A stretch of DNA of 64,000 nt from Candidatus Latescibacterota bacterium (GTDB taxonomy: Bacteria; Latescibacterota; UBA2968; GCA-2709665). Under the pieces are notes generated by a model. The model made no database searches, was not told the DNA's origin, and saw only the letters and a program-made list of their open reading frames with translations. Positions 59,370-64,000 of the stretch are shown one piece after another; position 1 is the first letter of the stretch, and each line of letters opens with the position of its first letter. Location: the NCBI GenBank assembly GCA_965116875.1, contig OZ220733.1, positions 4,896,001 through 4,960,000 of the forward strand. The letters run 5' to 3'. Made by a program: the position numbers and the translations under genes.

Positions 59370-60926
59370 CTATTTGCCATTCAGCACCGCGACTGGCAGA
59401 ACCATCTCCTCCAGCGAAATGCCGCCGTGCTGGAAACTGTTCGCGTAATACCGCTGGTATTCATTGAATTTCGTGGGATAGACGAAATAGAAGTCTTCCC
59501 TCGAAATGATATACGTGGTCCCCATTCCCAGATCCGGCAGGCGATAGACGTTCGGATCTGCAACGTACAGCGCGTGCCTGGTGTCGCATCGCAGGTGCTT
59601 ACCGTATTTGTACCTGAGGTTCGTGGACGTCTCCCGGTTGCCATGCGCCACGGTTGCGCGCCTACTCATCACACAGCCGTGGTCGGTCGTCAACACCACG
59701 GTGGTATCCGTTTCCGCCAGCTTTCGCAACATCTCGAAAAGCGATGAATGGGAAAACCAGGATCGGCTGAGCGACCTGTACGCGGACTCGTTCGGCGCCA
59801 TCTCTTTCAGAATATCCGACTCCGACCTTCCGTGCGCCAGAATGTCCAGAAAATTGAACACAACCGACATCAACGGGAAGGACCGGTACGAATGCACCTT
59901 TTTCACGAGATGGTTGCCCTCGGCTATATCCAGTACCTTCACGTATCGGGTATCCAGATTCAGCGTGGGATCCAGTTCCTGAATCTGGCGATCCAGGAGC
60001 TGATGCTCGTGCCGGTTGCGGCTGTTGTCGTCGTCCCATCCGGAACGCCATTCCTTTGGATACAACCTGGCCACGTCGCTGGGGAAAAGGCCGCTGAAAA
60101 TCGAGTTTCTGGAATAGGGCGTGGCTGTCGGGAGAATGGAATAGTGGTAGTGTTGCTCTATATTGAACAGTTCGGAAAGAAGCGGCGAGATCGCCAGCCA
60201 GTGATCCAGTCGCATACAATCCACGACCACGAAGAACACCTGCCTGCTCTCCTGGAGCAAGGGCAGGACAAACTCGCTCACGACGTCCACCGATAACACC
60301 GGAGAGTCCATATCGTCCTGGAGCCAATGGGCATAGTTGGCCTCAACGAAGCGACCGAAAGCACGGTTGCACGCCCGCCGCAGATCCTCATGCATCTTTC
60401 GCAGGCCGGCGTCATAGATCCGGTCCAGTTCCAGATCCCATTCGGAGAGCTTCACATGGATGTCGATCCAGTCCTGCCACGTCACGTCGCCCGCCATTGA
60501 GGCACGAATACGATTGGACACGGCCGCATAATCCAATCCCATGCGCCCTGTCACGATCTGCCGCGCATCGAGCAGTTTCTTGCAGGCCGAGAGTATCTGG
60601 CTGGGGTTCACCGGTTTGGTGAGATAGTCGTCGATCCGATGGCCGAGCGCTTCCTCCATCAGGCGCTCCTCTTCATTCTTCGTAATCATGATTACCGGGA
60701 TATCCGGATTGATTTCCTTGATCATCGCCAGCGTGGAAAGCCCGCCGCGTCCGGCCATCATTTCATCCAGCAGTACGATGTCGAATCCCCGCTGCTTGAC
60801 CATCGCAATCGCGTCATCCCCGTTCGTCACGGGCGTCACCTTGTAGCCCCGGGAACCCAGAAACATCGTATGCGGCCTCAGGAGGTCAATTTCGTCGTCT
60901 GCCCACAGAACCTGCTTTTCTCTCAT
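59370..60926 (-). CDS. PorX-like response regulator: receiver domain + PglZ/alkaline-phosphatase domain
   Basis: Receiver WADDE / LLDEMM / MITK / YLTKP; PglZ motifs VVDCMR, ILPTATPYSRNSIFSG, FLDILAH, TTDHG, FQHGGISLEEMVLP. Confidence 0.9.
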   Translation of the reverse strand: MREKQVLWADDEIDLLRPHTMFLGSRGYKVTPVTNGDDAIAMVKQRGFDIVLLDEMMAGRGGLSTLAMIKEINPDIPVIMITKNEEERLMEEALGHRIDDYLTKPVNPSQILSACKKLLDARQIVTGRMGLDYAAVSNRIRASMAGDVTWQDWIDIHVKLSEWDLELDRIYDAGLRKMHEDLRRACNRAFGRFVEANYAHWLQDDMDSPVLSVDVVSEFVLPLLQESRQVFFVVVDCMRLDHWLAISPLLSELFNIEQHYHYSILPTATPYSRNSIFSGLFPSDVARLYPKEWRSGWDDDNSRNRHEHQLLDRQIQELDPTLNLDTRYVKVLDIAEGNHLVKKVHSYRSFPLMSVVFNFLDILAHGRSESDILKEMAPNESAYRSLSRSWFSHSSLFEMLRKLAETDTTVVLTTDHGCVMSRRATVAHGNRETSTNLRYKYGKHLRCDTRHALYVADPNVYRLPDLGMGTTYIISREDFYFVYPTKFNEYQRYYANSFQHGGISLEEMVLPVAVLNGK

Positions 60927-60946
60927 GGTGTCCAATCTCCCGGCCG

Positions 60947-62287
60947 TTACGTGGCCTTCCCTTCCTCCGCCGGCCTCACGGGTAATGATATCAGGAACGT
61001 TGTTCCCACCTCCGGCGAACTTTCCTCAACGGAGATTCTGCCCCGGTGATAGTCTTCCACGATGCGTTTGACGAACGTCAGTCCCAGCCCCCAGCCCCGG
61101 TCCTTGGTACTGTAACCTGGCAGAAAGACCTGTTTGACGAGATTGGGCTGAATCCCTTTGCCATTGTCCCGCACCCGCACATCCACCCATTTGCCTTCGG
61201 ACCGCACTTCCGCGGAAATCTCAATCATTCCGCCCTTGCCCTCCATCGCGTCCGCGGCATTCTTGAACAGATTCTCAAAAGCCCAGCCCAGCAGTTGCCG
61301 ATTCAGCGGGACAGGCCGTATTTCGTAGTTTCTCTGCACGATCCGGACTTCCCGCGAGAGTCTGTCTCGCAAATAGGCGACCGTCTCTTCGATGACGAGA
61401 CGGAGATTTTCCGGACGCAGCTCCGGCGTGGAACCGATAAGGCTGAATCGGGAAACGATGGTATCCAATCTGCTGGTATCCTCCTCCATCGCAACCACGA
61501 TCTGATCGAATCGCCTGCGCGTCTGTTCATCCACCGGACCCGAAGAATGCTCAAGTTCCGACTTTATCAACTCGATCCATCCGTACAGAGAGGAAAGCGG
61601 CGTGCCCAGCTGGTGAGCCGTCTCCCGCGCCATGCCCACCCAGATCGATCTTTGCTCACTGTTTTTGACATTCTGAAATCCGAGGTATCCCACGCCGATA
61701 AACAGCGCCGTTACACCAAGCGCAACCCAGGGCAGCCATGCCAGCCGGCGTACCAGTGGTGAATCGCCGAAGTGCAGCACCCGCGGACCGATCTGCGGAA
61801 TCTCGAACGAATACGGCGGATTCTCGCTATCCAGCCTTCGAACAATACGCCGCATTCGCTCCCTGTCGACCGCACTGAGTTCACTCGGGTTGCCTTCGGG
61901 AATCTGTATGGCCTTCCACATGTGCGGTTCACCCCGGGAGTCTGTTATGACGACCGGGAAGTTTGCATTCGTAATGGTCCTGAAGATTTCATTGACGTCC
62001 AGGTCGCTCACAACCACGGTATCCTGGGTGGCCAACCCGTAAAAGAAAGCCAGACGTTTGATCAAGTCTCGGGAATCCCTGCGCATCGGATCCACAACCA
62101 GGATTTGCATATACACCAGAAACGCCAGGATGATCACCGTTGCGGCGGGAAACAGATAGGCACCCAGACTGTACGAACTCCGAAGCCCCACCCTCATTCG
62201 GCCCTTCCGAACCACCGGCGCACCCATGAATCCCTTGTGTCCGGGCCCGCCGGTTCGGCCAGTGACATCCTTCGTTCGCGCACCCAT
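60947..62287 (-). CDS. Membrane-bound sensor histidine kinase
   Basis: Two TM helices around a small periplasmic domain; H box ARETAHQLGTPL, N box ENLFKNA, DNGKGI, FLPGYSTK, GWGLGL. Confidence 0.93.
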   Translation of the reverse strand: MGARTKDVTGRTGGPGHKGFMGAPVVRKGRMRVGLRSSYSLGAYLFPAATVIILAFLVYMQILVVDPMRRDSRDLIKRLAFFYGLATQDTVVVSDLDVNEIFRTITNANFPVVITDSRGEPHMWKAIQIPEGNPSELSAVDRERMRRIVRRLDSENPPYSFEIPQIGPRVLHFGDSPLVRRLAWLPWVALGVTALFIGVGYLGFQNVKNSEQRSIWVGMARETAHQLGTPLSSLYGWIELIKSELEHSSGPVDEQTRRRFDQIVVAMEEDTSRLDTIVSRFSLIGSTPELRPENLRLVIEETVAYLRDRLSREVRIVQRNYEIRPVPLNRQLLGWAFENLFKNAADAMEGKGGMIEISAEVRSEGKWVDVRVRDNGKGIQPNLVKQVFLPGYSTKDRGWGLGLTFVKRIVEDYHRGRISVEESSPEVGTTFLISLPVRPAEEGKAT

Positions 62288-62373
62288 CGTTGCGGCTCCC
62301 TTATCTTACGTCAACGTCCAGTGTCCCGTTAAGTTCCCCGCGGCGGCGCTGAAACCCGTGTCGGCGCACAGAA

Positions 62374-62403
62374 AGTATACGTCTATTGCCAGCATCCAGT
62401 CAA
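62374..62403 (-). promoter_or_regulatory. Putative sigma70 promoter for the kinase operon
   Basis: TTGACT-18 nt-TATACT on the minus strand. Confidence 0.55.
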
Positions 62404-62418
62404 CCAAAGAAAAACCGT

Positions 62419-62447
62419 TTGCATTACATCTATTGAATTTATATATT
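62419..62447 (+). promoter_or_regulatory. Putative sigma70 promoter for rpsU
   Basis: TTGCAT-17 nt-TATATT in an AT-rich spacer. Confidence 0.55.
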
Positions 62448-62574
62448 TGGAACCATCAATTTCCTGTATGACATGGCATGCCGGCAGGCAATGGGACTGG
62501 CGCATGGCCGTCAACCCCACTTGTCCTGAGCATGGCTTGTTTCCGCAGGAAACGGAAAGGAGGGAATTCAGCCT

Positions 62575-62772
62575 ATGGCCCGGGTTGTGGTGAGAGATGA
62601 TGAGCCGTTTGAAAAGGCGCTGAAAAGGTTTAAGAAAACCTGCGAAAAGGCAGGAATAATGACCGAGATGAAGAAGCACCAGCATTTCGAGAAACCCAGT
62701 GAGCGCCGCAAGCGAAAAATCGCCGCGGCGAAGCGCAAACGCATGAAATTCGAAACGCGTTTCAACCAATAA
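62575..62772 (+). CDS. rpsU: 30S ribosomal protein bS21
   Basis: EPFEKALKRFKK, HFEKPSERRKRK..AA; AAGGAGG RBS. Confidence 0.97.
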   Translation: MARVVVRDDEPFEKALKRFKKTCEKAGIMTEMKKHQHFEKPSERRKRKIAAAKRKRMKFETRFNQ

Positions 62773-62795
62773 GTCAAAATTGTGAGTACGGCAAT

Positions 62796-62837
62796 GACAA
62801 CCGCACCGATTCGCTTTCGGATGCGGTTGTCTTTTTT
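62796..62837 (+). terminator. Intrinsic terminator after rpsU
   Basis: GACAACCGCA-CCGA...TCGG-A-TGCGGTTGTC hairpin followed by T6. Confidence 0.8.
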
Positions 62838-62917
62838 ACACATCGGCGTTGAGCTGAACCCCCAGGACGTTCTGATACCCCGGCCGTGTTTGCCAATGGG
62901 CCGGGAGGGAGGGGCGA

Positions 62918-63586
62918 ATGAACTTTGTCGACCTGATCCTGCTGATCGGGCTCTGCTGGATGGTTTTCAGGGGTTGCCGCACGGGGCTTGTCCGGGGGCT
63001 GATTGGTCTGGCGAGTTTTATTCTGGCTTACGGACTCGGCCTTTCTTACGGCGGTGCGGTATCGAAGTGGATTTCAGGTGACAGCGCCGGCCACGGCCCC
63101 GCCCTGCTTGGCTTCGCCTGTGTGTTTCTTGCGACGCTGATCGCGTGTTACCTTCTTGGACGAATGCTTCAGGCCATGCTCAAAGCCACGCCTTTCGGCG
63201 TCGTGGATACATTGTGCGGCGGCATACTCGGCCTGGCGCAGGGGTTGCTTCTTCTGGGATTGCTGATCCTGCTGCTGCGGGCGTATTCCCCTCACCCGGG
63301 GGTGACGGCGTACATGGACGACGCGCGTTTGACACGCCACGTTCAGCAGGCCTGCCTGGTCGTGATGGATGCCGTAAAGGCCGCTATTCCACGAGCCTCC
63401 GAATTCTACAGATACCTCGTACCGGACAACCGGAAGTCATCCACAGATCCGTTTGTGGAAAGTATGACCCGGGGGACCGGAAAAGCACGGGAACGTCTGA
63501 AGGGACTCATAGAGGAATCTCAACGCAAAGACAAACAATCGACGGACAATCCACAAGCGCCCACGTCAGGCGGCGGACAGGAATAG
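62918..63586 (+). CDS. cvpA: CvpA family (colicin V production) membrane protein
   Basis: MNFVDLIL, GCRTGLVR, VDTLCGGILG; four TM helices; upstream of mutS2. Confidence 0.85.
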   Translation: MNFVDLILLIGLCWMVFRGCRTGLVRGLIGLASFILAYGLGLSYGGAVSKWISGDSAGHGPALLGFACVFLATLIACYLLGRMLQAMLKATPFGVVDTLCGGILGLAQGLLLLGLLILLLRAYSPHPGVTAYMDDARLTRHVQQACLVVMDAVKAAIPRASEFYRYLVPDNRKSSTDPFVESMTRGTGKARERLKGLIEESQRKDKQSTDNPQAPTSGGGQE

Positions 63587-63650
63587 CGCATCCGCCTGCT
63601 CGCGGGGTGTACCGTGGACAGAAACCGTTCGTGTTTTCTGGTACCGAGCC

Positions 63651-64000
63651 ATGACCCTGCCACCCAAAACCGTCCAGGCGCTCGAATTCAACAAGATTCT
63701 CGACCTGATCGCGGAACGCACCGTTTCCGTTGCAGGGCGAGACGAAATCGAAAGCCTGGCCCCGGCGGACAATCCCGATCGCATCGAAGCGCGTCTCCGA
63801 CCCGTGCTCGAAACCATGGACCTGATCGGGTATGACGATCCCGTCCCGATCGGACGCATTCCCGACGTCCGATCCGCAGCAGAAACCGCCGCCGTACCCG
63901 GTACGACGCTCACCGTCGGCGAACTGGTCGAGATCGAGGAAATCCTGCGTGTATCTCGCCGTTTTCTGACGTATTTTCACAAACGCAAGGCAAAGTATCC
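63651..64000 (+). CDS. mutS2: Endonuclease MutS2 (partial, runs off the right edge)
   Basis: Not in the ORF track. Manual translation MTLPPKTVQALEFNKILDLIAERTVSVAGRDEIESLAP...G.TL...EL matches the MutS2 N-terminus; cvpA-mutS2 order is common. Confidence 0.85.
   Translation, partial: MTLPPKTVQALEFNKILDLIAERTVSVAGRDEIESLAPADNPDRIEARLRPVLETMDLIGYDDPVPIGRIPDVRSAAETAAVPGTTLTVGELVEIEEILRVSRRFLTYFHKRKAKY

Noticed and set aside
59370-60926. PglZ domain as a BREX defence component
   Set aside because: It is fused to a receiver domain in PorX fashion, and no brxA/B/C/L or pglX genes are present
1-64000. CRISPR arrays, tRNA/rRNA, IS elements, prophage genes, REP-like repeat families
   Set aside because: No regularly spaced repeats, cloverleaf motifs, transposase or integrase ORFs seen by eye; short recurring words such as aaatccggatcc are too brief to support a repeat call

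Overview
A gene-dense, GC-rich bacterial chromosomal window of about 45 genes. I found no rRNA, tRNA, CRISPR array, transposase, integrase or phage genes. Gene content (PorX-type response regulator next to tsaE, single-chain double UvrA, UPF0182, RqcH, MutS2, several Gfo/Idh/MocA and sugar-isomerase genes) suggests a heterotroph of the FCB group or a neighbouring lineage; this is inference only. Left to right: a partial gamma-glutamyltransferase missing from the ORF track, a short MetE-like enzyme, ArgE, an acyl-CoA ligase and a sugar-catabolism patch; two tandem ABC exporters with a four-cysteine N-terminal motif plus DUF1854; CBM9-like and beta-helix proteins; double UvrA; an isomerase-oxidoreductase-phnA operon; gmd and glycan genes; an 8-oxoG glycosylase; a third ABC+DUF1854 module; a Rieske fusion protein; an orphan RND pump; queC; kamA; UPF0182-murQ; an atypical ClpX divergent from rqcH; a histidine kinase-PorX/PglZ-tsaE-barrel operon; and rpsU-cvpA-mutS2. 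The best candidates for under-described systems are (i) the repeated Cys4-ABC exporter + DUF1854 module with no cyanophycin genes nearby, (ii) a kinase encoded directly upstream of a PorX-like receiver-phosphodiesterase, and (iii) a ClpX lacking its zinc domain and RKH loop, placed back-to-back with RqcH near MutS2. All calls come from motif recognition by eye; no database search was run.
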